Of a stretch of DNA of 64,000 bases, positions 10,214-20,390 are shown piece after piece. A program made the translations under genes and the position numbers. The notes below the pieces were generated by a model, which was not told the origin of the DNA, searched no databases, and was given only the letters and a program-made list of their open reading frames with translations. The stretch comes from an uncultured delta proteobacterium (lineage in GTDB: Bacteria; Desulfobacterota; Binatia; UBA9968), in NCBI GenBank assembly GCA_963847445.1, contig CAWJZV010000015.1, positions 96,001 through 160,000 of the forward strand, written 5' to 3'. How positions within the stretch are numbered: the stretch's first letter is position 1; each line of letters starts with the position of its first letter.

Positions 10214-11194
10214 TCATTTGCCGCGTTTGCGGCGATGATTCAGCGCCTCCGGATTGAGCGCACGGGTGAGTTTGCCTGCCATGTAGTCGAGGATGTTGGT
10301 CACGGCGTTTTCGGCGAAGCCTTCAAAGCCGGAGTCGGTGGGCCAGCCCAGGTGGGGCGTCAGGACGACGTTGTCCAGTTGGGTAATCGGATGATTCTTC
10401 GGTAGCGGCTCTTCGACGAAAACATCGAGGGCAGCGCCGGCGATGGCTTTCTCCTGCAAGATTTTTACCAGCGCCAACTCGTCGACAATCGCGCCGCGCG
10501 CCGTGTTGACGAGGTAGGCCGTCTTCTTCATCAAGCGCAGCCGAGTGTCGTTCAAGAGGTTCTTGCTGTCCTCGGATAGCTTCAAGTGTACGCTGACGAC
10601 ATCAGCGCTGCGCAGGACATCTTCAAGCGGCATAAAAGTGGCTGAGGATTTCGCGGCGCGTTCTTGGCTCAAGGTCGGTCCCCAGGCGATCACTTTCATG
10701 CCGAAGGCTCGGGCGATGGCCGCGACTTCGGTGCCGATCTTACCGAGGCCCAAAATTCCCAGGGTTTTGCCTTTCAAGACATAGCCCAGCATCAACGGCC
10801 ACTGGCCGCGACGCATGGCTTGGTCGCTCTGGGAAATGCGCCGCATGACATCGAGCATCAAGCCGAAAGTAAGTTCGGTGGTGCTGTTGCCGCCGGGAGC
10901 GAGGCTGACGACGACGCCGTGCGCCGTCGCCGCCTCCATATCGATGTGGTAGGCGTGATTGCCGGTCTGCGCGATATATTCCAGCGCCGGTAATTTGTGA
11001 AACAAGGCTGCGGTGAATTTGGTGCGCTCGCGGATCGGAATCACCGCTTGGGAATCCTTGAGCGCGTCGACGACCGCCGCTTCGTCGGCAAGCTTTTCAT
11101 GGATGATCTGCACGTCAACATTTTGCCGCAGCCGGGCGATGGCTTGGGTCGGCGAGATGGCGTGCTGATAATCGTCGAGGACGGTGACTTTCAT
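10214..11194 (-). CDS. D-2-hydroxyacid dehydrogenase family protein
   Basis: LGILGLGKIG, VNTARGAIVDE, ALDVF..EP, TPHLG motifs. Confidence 0.93.
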   Translation of the reverse strand: MKVTVLDDYQHAISPTQAIARLRQNVDVQIIHEKLADEAAVVDALKDSQAVIPIRERTKFTAALFHKLPALEYIAQTGNHAYHIDMEAATAHGVVVSLAPGGNSTTELTFGLMLDVMRRISQSDQAMRRGQWPLMLGYVLKGKTLGILGLGKIGTEVAAIARAFGMKVIAWGPTLSQERAAKSSATFMPLEDVLRSADVVSVHLKLSEDSKNLLNDTRLRLMKKTAYLVNTARGAIVDELALVKILQEKAIAGAALDVFVEEPLPKNHPITQLDNVVLTPHLGWPTDSGFEGFAENAVTNILDYMAGKLTRALNPEALNHRRKRGK

Positions 11195-11196
11195 TC

Positions 11197-11586
11197 TTAG
11201 ATTACCGCGATGCCGGCGATTTCGATCAAGTAGTCGGGATGGGCTAGGCCCTTGACGATCACCAACGTGCTGGTCGGGGATTTTTTCTTATACTGTTTCA
11301 TGCGCACTTCGTTGTAGCCGGGGCGATACTTGCGGTCGACGATGTAGGTGGTCGACATGACCAAGTTGTCGATGGAGCCGCCGGCTGCTTTGAGCACGGC
11401 GTTGATGTTGGCATAGACCTGCTCGGTCTGCTTTTTAATATTGCCCTTGCCGACGACGTTGCCATTTTGGTCCGAGGCCGTTTGGCCGGAGATGAATAGG
11501 AGCTTGCCGCCCTTGGTCTGGATCGCCTGGGTGTAACGCGGCCGGGGATCGCTGAGCGTTTTGGGTTGAATATCTTTGCGTGCCAT
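11197..11586 (-). CDS. RidA/YjgF family protein
   Basis: LFISGQTA, PTSTLVIVKGLAHPDYLIEI. Confidence 0.9.
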   Translation of the reverse strand: MARKDIQPKTLSDPRPRYTQAIQTKGGKLLFISGQTASDQNGNVVGKGNIKKQTEQVYANINAVLKAAGGSIDNLVMSTTYIVDRKYRPGYNEVRMKQYKKKSPTSTLVIVKGLAHPDYLIEIAGIAVI

Positions 11587-11609
11587 GGGAACTCCTTTCG
11601 GGGTTAGGT

Positions 11610-11692
11610 TGGAGTGATGGAGTGTTGGAGTACTGGAGCATTGGGTTTATCCGGACCCATCACTCCACCACTCCAGAACTCCATCACTCCAA
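11610..11692. repeat. TGGAGTRN octamer hairpin, copy 2
   Basis: tggagtga tggagtgt tggagtac tggagcat tggg ... ccca tcactcca ccactcca gaactcca tcactcca. Confidence 0.85.
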
Positions 11693-11697
11693 TGTTT

Positions 11698-12688
11698 CTA
11701 TTTCGACGGATATCGCTTGGCCATTTCGTTAAAGAAACCATCTTTCTCCATCTCCTGGAGAAAACAAAGGTCGACGAACTGTTCGGGCTTGAAATTCTTC
11801 GCGTTGGGCAGGGTGGGTGCCAGGACGTCGAGCATGAATTGAATGCCTTTCAAGGTTGGATAAGGTTTCTTCGGGATCGTCTTGATGTAGCCGTTGTAGG
11901 ATTCCTCAAGCACCGCCGGGTCGTTGGTGCGCATGTATTTGGCGAAGACTTTTTGCGTCGCCGCCTTGTTGCCGTAAACGAAATAGATCGCCTCGACGAA
12001 GCCGCGCAGCGCGCTGCGCACCGTATCGCGATTGCTGGCGATATAGGCGCGCGAGGTGGCGAAGCCGTTGCCTTGAACCTCGACGCCGAGATCGCCGATG
12101 GAAACATGTTCGACCAGACCGGCGCGGCGCCCCAGCGGCGCCGCCGACGAGGACAGGTAGGTCGCATCGATCACACCGGACTGCACCGAGGCGATGCGCT
12201 CGGTATCGAGGCCGGCGGGTATCAGGGTGAATTCTTTAAGGTCTACGCCGAGGTGGCGGGCGAGGATGATCGAAGCGTAATGGGTTGCCGAGTTGAAGCC
12301 GGTGATGCCGATGCTTTTTGCCTTTGAGTTGTTCCAGCTGGGTGATCCCCGGACGGGAAAACACGATCAGGTCGTACTTGGTTTCGACCGCGGCGGTGAG
12401 CACGAGATTGTGACCCTGAATGGTCGCCTGGACCACGGTGCCGATATTGACGATCGGCGGATCGCCGCTGACCAGCGCCTGGGTCGCCACCTGGCCGCCG
12501 CGAAACAAGATCGGCTCGACTTCTAAACCGTATTTGGCGAATAACCCCATCTCTCGCGCGACCCAGACATTGCTCTGGCGAAAGCTCAAAGACGGGTAGC
12601 CGATCTTGATCTTCTTGAGTGTCTGCGCTTGCGCGGAGGAGAGTGGGAATAGGACAGATAAGAGGCATATGACCAATAGTTTTTTCAT
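11698..12688 (-). CDS. ABC transporter substrate-binding protein (NitT/TauT, NMT1-like), frameshifted
   Basis: Signal peptide MKKLLVICLL; IKIGYPSLSF..GLFAKYGLEVE; C-terminal half in ORF 11698-12186. Confidence 0.85.
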
Positions 12689-12695
12689 AGCTGGT

Positions 12696-13704
12696 CTACT
12701 TGCTCGGATAGCGTTTCGCCATTTCATTGAAGAAGCCTTCCTTTTCGAGTTCTTGTAAAAAGCTCAGATCGACGAACTGTTCGGGCTTGGCATTTTTCGC
12801 CTGGGGTAGTTGCGGCGCGACCAGGTCGAGCATGTATTGGATGCCCTTGAGCGTGGGGTAGGGCTTCTTGGGAATCCACTTGATGTAGCCATTGTAAGAA
12901 TCTTCGAGCATCTCTTGATCGTTGGTGCGCATGTATTTGGCGAAAACCCGTTGCGCCTCCTTTTTGTTGGCGTAGACAAAGTAAATCGCTTCGACGAAAC
13001 CTTTGAGCGCATTTTTCACCGTGTCACGATTGCTCGCAATATAACCGCGCGACGTGGCAAAGCCGTTGCCTTGCACTTCAACCCCCAAATCGGCCACCGA
13101 GAATAGCTCGTTGAAGCCATTCTTTCGTGCCGGCGCTGCCGCTGAAGAGGTGAAGAATGTCGCATCGATCCGTCCCGCCATCATCGCCCCCATCCGTTCC
13201 GCGTCCGGTCCAGTGGGAACCAGCACGATATCCTTGTTGATCTCCAGATTGAGGTGCTGAAATAGGATATTGGCGGCGTTATGGGTCGCCGAGCCGTAGC
13301 CGCTGATGCCGAATTTCTTGCCTTTGAGCTCTTCTAGTTTGTTAATGCCTTTGCGCGCGAAAACAATCTGATCGTACTTGGTTTCGACGGCGGCGACCAG
13401 CACCAGGTTGTAGCCTTGCAAGCTCGCTTGCACGACGGTGCCGATATTGACGATCGGCGGATCGCCGGCCACCAGCGCCTGGGTGGCCATCTGGCCGCCG
13501 CGCAGAAAGATCGGTTCGACTTCCAGTCCGTATTTGGTGAACAGGCCGACTTCCCGAGCGACCCAGACGTTGCTCTGGCGAAAGCTCAAAGACGGATAGC
13601 CGATGCGAATCTTCTTGAGCGGCTGGCGTTTGCGCGGCGGCATTCGCGGCCAGGGCCATTGCTAAGCATACTAATAGATTGATTGAACGTAATACTGTTT
13701 TCAT
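12696..13704 (-). CDS. ABC transporter substrate-binding protein (NitT/TauT), tandem paralogue, frameshift after signal peptide
   Basis: Highly similar to neighbour; both end FFNEMAKRYPSK; signal MKTVLRSINLLVCLAMALAANAAAQ lies in another frame. Confidence 0.85.
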
Positions 13705-13751
13705 ACGATTCGTTGCTGGGAATCCTTTCTCCAAGATTTTTCATTGTCATT

Positions 13752-14059
13752 TCATCGACGGTTGAAGCCGGCGAGCTTGGGCGCGACGCGAGCAGGGCGC
13801 GGCTGCAGACTCGCGATAATAAACGGCAGCGCCGGCAGGCGAATTTTGATGGTCTGCCAGCTCGACAAGCGCATGGACTGACCGAGCCGCAGACCGGGTC
13901 GAGCATGAGCAGTTCGTTTTCCGCTAACGCGCGCGCTAGCGTTCCCAAGCGCGATGCCGGCGAATAGGAATGCGCAGGACTTCCTCGAGGGTGGCCGATG
14001 ATCGTCATTGCTAATTTACTCGCCGAGGATGAAAGATCGAGGATCGTAAATCCGCTCAT
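13752..14059 (-). CDS. Possible small hypothetical protein, frameshifted
   Basis: Fills the gap between co-oriented genes; plausible segments LARALAENELLMLD and MRLSSWQTIKIRLPALPFII in different frames. Confidence 0.3.
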
Positions 14060-14108
14060 CTCGCGACATCCCAACTTTTTCTTACTAATTGCGAACGGCG
14101 CGGCGCCG

Positions 14109-16619
14109 TCAGCGATAAAGTTCCGGGTCCGAGCCGCTATCGACGCCGGTACGGATGCGCGGATAGACCGAGACGCCGCCGGGGCGGCCTTGGACCATGA
14201 AGTCGACGGGGATGAAGCCTTGCAAGAGCGGTATAGGGAATTGTACGCCGCCATAGGGCGCGCCCTGATCGGTGCCCAGCGCCAACTGGCTGCCGCCAAA
14301 GCCGGTGGGCAGAGCGCCGGTCATGCTAAAGCGGCTGGCCGATATGCTGCCCTGAATCGGCGGTAGTTGATATTGGCTGCCGGGATTGCGTTCGTTTTCG
14401 GTGATCAGCTCGGCATCGAGCACCCGGCGATAGGACGAGCCGCCGGCTTCGCGGATCAAGGTGAAGGTCGCGTCTTCGCGCTCGTCGGCGGATTGGCCGC
14501 GGCGTTCGCGTTCGCCACGGACGATCGCGCTTGGCACGTTCCTGATGCCGCCGACGCTGTCTTTGCCGCGCTGGTTGGCATCGGCGGCGGCGACTTGCTG
14601 GTTTTTTTCACGCAGGGCGACGTAGAAACGCTCGGTGGCCGCTTTGGTCAGACGATGGTTTTGGCTGCGCACGCCCCAAGGGGTCTGGTAGTAAACCATC
14701 AGGTCGTTGTCATTGAGCAAAATCGCGCCCCGTTCGGCGATCTCCATGTTGCGCGGATTACCGTCGAACAGGGACGCCTTGAGCGCCAAGCCTTGGGGAC
14801 CCCGGATCTCCGGATGCTCCAGTAGGAATTGCTTGCTCATGCGCATGCCTTGGTTTTCATCTTTGGCGAGCGCGGCGAGCTTCTTGGTTGCTTCGGCGGC
14901 GGCGCTGGAGTCGGGATGATAATCGACCACCGCCTTCAAATAATTTTCCTGGCTGCTGCGGGATCTCGACTTGCTGGCGGCGTTTAACAAGGCGCGGGCG
15001 GCTTTGTCATTGAGGGCGTCGAGTTTTTCTTTAGGCGAACCGGCAAGCTCGTGATAGGTGAGAGCGCGATCGATCAGGCCGCGCTCTTCATAGGCGTCGG
15101 CGAGCACACGATAAACTTCGCTGGCGTTTTCCGATTTGGGATGGCTGCGCACATAGGCGACGCCGGCGTCGATCACCGGCTGCGCCGAGATCGGGTTGTT
15201 GGTCATGACTTGAAATAGATTTCTGCTCCACATCAAGGCGTTGGCCATGCCTAATGTCGCGGCGCCGCCGGGACCGGCGGCGGCCATGGCGCCGGCGGCG
15301 AACAGCATATTCTTGCGCAGGAAGTCTTCGCCAAGCAGAACGTATTTTACCGACTCCAGCTGCCGCTCGGTGCGGGCATCGTGAAAGGTCGCCAGCCGAT
15401 TGTAGTCGGGGCTTCGCAGTAGGACGTTGGCGCGCTCTTTGGCTGCCGGTGTCGTCGCCTTACGGGCGTTTTGCTCAACGGCTTTGCGCGCCGCTTCGTG
15501 CCATCCCTTCATTTCCAAGGCGACGGCTTCGGCGTCGCGGGCGGCGTCGGCAAGCGGCTTGCCGGGATGTTTTTTCTCGGTGTCGATGGCGACCCTTTGG
15601 ATCAAAATGGTATCGCGCAGGGACAAGGCTGCCAAAAGTTTTTCCGCGTCGGCTTGTTGCTCTGGGCTCAAGTTTTCTTCTTGGCGCGCTTTGAGGGATT
15701 TTTGGCGGACGGCTTGGCGTTCGCCCAGGAGCTGAGCGCTCTGTTGGCGCAACTTCGCGGCATCCTGCGACTGGGGATCGAAGAAGCCCGCCACTTGGGC
15801 ATGAAACAGCGCCCGGTCTTCGTCGCCTTTGTTCAAGGCCTCTTTCGCCTTGGCGAGCTGCTTGGCGACCAGGACGGCACGTTTTTTCTTGTCGAGAGCG
15901 TCGACCTGTTTGCGCACCTGCGGGTTTTTGGGATCGTCGGGATAGCGCTTCAAATGATCGAGGTCGCGGGCCAGGGCGCGCCGCTCTTCCATGGGCATGT
16001 CGCGATCCATCAGGGCGTACAGCTGGCTGATGGCGGTTTCGGCGGCGGCGCCGATGTAATTGCCCGACGCGACGCCGACGAGGTCGACGGAATTCAACAA
16101 GCGATTGACCATGCCGCCCCAAAAATTGGTCGAGCTCCGGCGCATGAGCTGCTCAGACTGAAAGTGATCGTCGCGGTTGAGCACCGATTCCAGATATTTT
16201 TTCCGCTCCGGCGACGAAGCGTTGCGCAGCGCCTCACGGTACGCCGCTAGATTCTTCTCGCGGTCTTGAATCGTGTTGTTGACCAGATCCTGGGCTCGCT
16301 CGGTTAGACCAGTGCTGCCGCGCCGCTCCTTCTGCAGCCGGGTGTCTTCATTCTTCAAAAATGTGAGATGATCGCTCAAGGCCGGGTTGCGATAGGTCAA
16401 GGTATCGATCAGCAATTCGCGCACCCGTTTATCGACCGCGTCGGGGAAGAACTGCGGCGCGCTGGCCGGCGTCTCAAAGGGGTCATAGTCGGGCATCGGG
16501 TTCAAGATTCTTTCCAAGTCCAACTCGCGTGTTTGAGCCTGGCCCACGGCTGGAACGCCGGTCAAGCTCAAGGCGGCAATCAGCGCGGCGGTAATTAGGC
16601 GGGTTCTATGAAATCTCAT
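14109..16619 (-). CDS. Large hypothetical secreted protein with TPR-like helical repeats
   Basis: 836 aa; signal peptide ending AVGQA; TPR-like segments (VYRVLADAYEERGLIDRALTYH; VVDYHPDSSAAAEA). Confidence 0.8.
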   Translation of the reverse strand: MRFHRTRLITAALIAALSLTGVPAVGQAQTRELDLERILNPMPDYDPFETPASAPQFFPDAVDKRVRELLIDTLTYRNPALSDHLTFLKNEDTRLQKERRGSTGLTERAQDLVNNTIQDREKNLAAYREALRNASSPERKKYLESVLNRDDHFQSEQLMRRSSTNFWGGMVNRLLNSVDLVGVASGNYIGAAAETAISQLYALMDRDMPMEERRALARDLDHLKRYPDDPKNPQVRKQVDALDKKKRAVLVAKQLAKAKEALNKGDEDRALFHAQVAGFFDPQSQDAAKLRQQSAQLLGERQAVRQKSLKARQEENLSPEQQADAEKLLAALSLRDTILIQRVAIDTEKKHPGKPLADAARDAEAVALEMKGWHEAARKAVEQNARKATTPAAKERANVLLRSPDYNRLATFHDARTERQLESVKYVLLGEDFLRKNMLFAAGAMAAAGPGGAATLGMANALMWSRNLFQVMTNNPISAQPVIDAGVAYVRSHPKSENASEVYRVLADAYEERGLIDRALTYHELAGSPKEKLDALNDKAARALLNAASKSRSRSSQENYLKAVVDYHPDSSAAAEATKKLAALAKDENQGMRMSKQFLLEHPEIRGPQGLALKASLFDGNPRNMEIAERGAILLNDNDLMVYYQTPWGVRSQNHRLTKAATERFYVALREKNQQVAAADANQRGKDSVGGIRNVPSAIVRGERERRGQSADEREDATFTLIREAGGSSYRRVLDAELITENERNPGSQYQLPPIQGSISASRFSMTGALPTGFGGSQLALGTDQGAPYGGVQFPIPLLQGFIPVDFMVQGRPGGVSVYPRIRTGVDSGSDPELYR

Positions 16620-17542
16620 CGATTGAGTCTCGTGAGCTTTTCCAAGTAGCCCCGGGTGGCTTCGATCTTCGCTTGGGCTTCAAGTTTCTCCATCACGCCG
16701 TCGGTTTGCGCGACCTCGCTGTAAAACTTCAGCGCGGCTTTGGCGAATTGATCTAACAGGTTTAAATCGAACGCTAACCCCTCGGGATCGTACTGGGCGG
16801 CATAGTCTTTTGCAAGTATCATGTAGAAGTCGCCGAAGTCGAGAAGATAGCGCTGATAGTTCTTGCTTTGTTGATGTTTGGTGATCAATTGGCTATAGCC
16901 CAGGATCGTCAATTGGTTGCCTTCCTTCAAGCGAAGGCGGTTGGCTTCGACGAAGGCGACCTTGGCGCGGTCGATGCGTTCTTCTTCGACGCGCGCGAGA
17001 AATTCGTAGGGCGTGCCTGAATGTTTCTTGATCAGGCCGTTCCAGGCCGCTACTTTCTCGTCGAGGCCAGCGATGTATTTGAATGGATCGTCGGTGGGGA
17101 TCGTGCGGTCGAAGATGCGCAGGAAGTTGTCCAAGATCTCGGCATTCTTGGCCGCTTCGCTGCCCAAGCGGCCCTCGGTTTCGGCGACTTTGCGATAGAG
17201 CGCGGCGGCTTGGTCGTATTCGCGCAAACGTTCCAGCGCGAGCGCCCGGTTGTATTGAACGATGTCGGTAAACTGGCCGCGGTTTTTGGTTTCGTAGTCC
17301 TGCAGGCGGGTCAATGTCGCCTTCATGATGTTGATACCGGTGACATCTTTGGGAATGGCAAACCGGTAGGTGTCTTCCTTGGCCAGGCGCTGAAAGTCTC
17401 GGACGATGTCGAGCAGATCGCCCGCCGGCATATAGCGCCCATCCGGTGCGGCGGCTTGAACAGAGTGTGCTATGGGCAAAGCGACGAGGCAGACGACCAG
17501 GAGTCGAACCAGCGGCAGAAAGTTTAGTTTAGCGATTGCCAA
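16616..17542 (-). CDS. Hypothetical exported TPR-like protein
   Basis: 308 aa; signal peptide; YNRALALERLREYDQAAALYRKV; ATGA overlap with downstream gene. Confidence 0.8.
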   Translation of the reverse strand: MAIAKLNFLPLVRLLVVCLVALPIAHSVQAAAPDGRYMPAGDLLDIVRDFQRLAKEDTYRFAIPKDVTGINIMKATLTRLQDYETKNRGQFTDIVQYNRALALERLREYDQAAALYRKVAETEGRLGSEAAKNAEILDNFLRIFDRTIPTDDPFKYIAGLDEKVAAWNGLIKKHSGTPYEFLARVEEERIDRAKVAFVEANRLRLKEGNQLTILGYSQLITKHQQSKNYQRYLLDFGDFYMILAKDYAAQYDPEGLAFDLNLLDQFAKAALKFYSEVAQTDGVMEKLEAQAKIEATRGYLEKLTRLNR

Positions 17543-17698
17543 AAGCGTAACTTCGCCAAGGGGCTTGGTGAAAATTTCTTGAAGAGCGATGACAAATCTC
17601 GGACTTGGGCTATTTTCCGAGAAAATCCCTTTAAGTCAAGCTACGATCGATCGCTTTGTGCGCTTGACCAATTCTCTGAAGCCTATTACCCATAGATC

Positions 17699-18890
17699 AT
17701 GGCAACGACGACGCGGCGCACGCTATTAGCTTTGGCAATCCTGGTTCACTTGGCCGGTTGCGCTGAACGGGTCTTCGAACCGGCGCGTCCGGTGACCCGG
17801 CCAGTGCCGGTCGCGCCGCCAGCGCCGCCGCCGTTGCCCGAGTATCGCGGTCCGGCGACACGATCGTTCTTGATGGGATTCACGCGCTGGCCCGCTGATC
17901 TGACCCGTGAAGGCGTCACAATCGCCGAGAATTATGCGTATGCCCATGGCGATATTGTCTCGGTGACGTTTATCGGCGGCATCCCATGGTCCGAAGCGTT
18001 GGACGGCAAGCCCTATCCCCAAGATGTGCAGGAGAATCTGAAATACCGGCCGCCGGCGGGAAAGAAACTCTTTTTGTCGATCTCGCCTTTGGATAAAGAC
18101 CGCCGTGGCTTGGCGCCCTACTGGGGCGAGACCGATAATCAGCCATTACCGTCGCCGTGGAACCGCGAGCCGCTCAACAGCGCCCGGGTCAAGCGTGCCT
18201 ATCTTAACTTCGTCCTGCGCGCAGTCGAGACCATGCGGCCGGACTTTCTCGCCATCGGCGTCGAGGCCAACGTGCTGTTGTCGCGCGACCTGCTCAAGTG
18301 GGAGCAGTTCAAAGAGCTGTATCGCGAAACCTACCGTGCGGTGAAGAAAGCGCATAAGGCGCTGCCGGTGTTTTTCACCACTGACGTGTTGCACTACAAA
18401 CGTTTGGCGCGGGACGCCCGCGGCACTCAGCAAGAAAAAGAAGTGATGGAACTCATGCGTTTCAGCGATTTGTTCGCCATGAGCGTCTATCCGCATATGA
18501 GTGCGGACGTACCCCGGCCGGTGCCGGCAAACTTTTTCGACTTCGCTACCCGATTCAAACGGTCGGTGGCGGTGGCCGAGAGCGGTATGTCGGCGCAGGA
18601 TATCGAGCTGCGCAGCTACGCGACCCAGCTGCGCGGCTCCGAGGCCGACCAGTATCATTTCACCGAGCTGCATGCTCAAAACCGCCGCGCGGGATTACTA
18701 TGAATTCGTCATCAACTTCGCCAGCACAGATTTCGAACGGTTGGTCGCCCGGCTTCAGCCGCCCCTCGACGATCTCGCGCGCATTTGGGCGTACACCGGG
18801 ATGCAGACCAGCGACAAGCGGCCCAAGTCTGCGTCGGCGGTATGGGATGGATTCTTGCGTGCCAAGTATGTGCCTGCGAAGTGGTGGTGA
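17699..18890 (+). CDS. Lipoprotein with putative TIM-barrel glycoside hydrolase-like domain, frameshifted
   Basis: Lipobox LAGC, Pro-rich linker, AIGVEAN and VAVAESG (clan GH-A-like Glu pair), SVYP; C-terminus in ORF 18501-18890. Confidence 0.6.
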
Positions 18891-18997
18891 TCCTCGCTGG
18901 CGCTCGGAATTTCAAATTACAAATTGCAGATTTCAAACTTGGGACGTGGGTAGCTGCGCGTACCCGAAGAGTGCCGACCGAATCGCGAGCCCATCGG

Positions 18998-19327
18998 TTA
19001 CGTCGTGATCAGTGAATAGAACAGCACCAACTCCGCAGTCTTGCCCGCCGCGAAATCATGGGGTGTGCCTTTCGGAATATGACAGACGACTCCGGGCCGC
19101 AGTGGAATCCGTTTCCCATTCACGCGCAGGCGGCCGCTGCCTTTGATGACATGACAGACGACGTCTTTGTCGTCGTGGTTGATCTGTTTTCGATCTGAGT
19201 TTTTGGTCGGGCGGAAGGCGATCAGACCGCTGGTGAATTTTTCTTCCTTGAAACAGTCGGCGTAGCGGATCTCGTCGGTGATTTTCTTGAGGCCTTTGAG
19301 GGCCTGGTTAATTTTGATGATTTTCAT
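18998..19327 (-). CDS. Cupin domain protein
   Basis: HDDKDVVCHVIKGSG and CHIPKGTPHDF cupin motifs. Confidence 0.85.
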   Translation of the reverse strand: MKIIKINQALKGLKKITDEIRYADCFKEEKFTSGLIAFRPTKNSDRKQINHDDKDVVCHVIKGSGRLRVNGKRIPLRPGVVCHIPKGTPHDFAAGKTAELVLFYSLITT

Positions 19328-19361
19328 TGAATCAAGCCAGTGGCAGCGGCCATGCAAGGGA

Positions 19362-19384
19362 GGGCGAATGCCATTCGCCCCTAC
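19362..19384 (-). repeat. GTAG-type REP element
   Basis: Minus strand GTAG-GGGCGAAT-GGC-ATTCGCCC. Confidence 0.65.
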
Positions 19385-19420
19385 AATCCAATCTTATTGC
19401 GGATTTTGCGTTCTTTGCGG

Positions 19421-20390
19421 CTAATTCTCTAGTTTCGATCCTACTTCGGTCACCGCGGCCAATATTTCTTTGATCGCTTGCTCGGCTTGGTCGTTGGGCA
19501 CTCGGCTGGAGCCGACGACTTTGTGGCCGCCGCCGCCGTAGTTGTTAAGCAGCTCGCCGACGTTCACGTTCGATGTCGGGTTGAAGATGTTGTAACCCAC
19601 CGAGATCGACGTGGTGTTGGCGCGCTGGCTGTCGTGGGCGACTTTGACCTGGATGTTGCCTTTGGGAAACAGCGTGAAGACTAAGAAACGGTTGCCGTCG
19701 GGGATTTCTTTGACGCCGCGCAGGTCGCAGTAGATCACGTTGCCTTTGTAGCTAGTGCGTTGGAGCAGCAATTGACGCAGTTTTTCCTGTTCTTCTTGGA
19801 TGCGCTGGCAACGCTGCTTGATGTCGGGGTCGCGCAAAACTTCTTCCAACGTCGCGTCGCGCAGTAGATTGATGACCTTCAACCAGTAGGGTTCGTCGCC
19901 GGCGTTCCTGACCGTCGGTGGTCATGGAGAGGAGCACGTAGCCCTGCGGGTTGAGCACGTCTTCCTGTTCCAATTTTCCGGCGTCCACTCGGTCGACCTC
20001 GTGCATAAGATGCTGCATGCGCGCTGTGCCGAGAAACTGCGCGATCTCTTCCGGTGTATTCCGGTTGCCAGTTGCCTGCTGCCTATTGCCTACTTCTTCA
20101 TAGTATTCGTAGACCACCCGCGCCGCGCTGGGCGCTAAACGAAAGCCGCCGCGGCCGAGAATGATCGGCGTTGCAAAATTGGGCGTGGTGTTGGTGATGT
20201 GATGGTCGAACCAGAGGGTGCAGTTGGGGTGGTAGGGGAGATTGGTAATGATGTCGCCGCGGCGAATCTCGACCAAACCATCCTGCATGAACTTGGGCTC
20301 GACGTAGAGATAGTCGTCGATTTTTTCGAATTTCGTGACGAGTGCGCCGCACACTAGGCCGTCGAAGTCGGCGCGAGTGACGAGTCTCAT
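19421..20390 (-). CDS. DHH/DHHA1 family phosphoesterase (exopolyphosphatase-like), frameshifted
   Basis: MRLVTRADFDGLVC, NLPY..FDHH, PSAARVVY; C-terminal YGGGGH in ORF 19421-19882. Confidence 0.85.
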
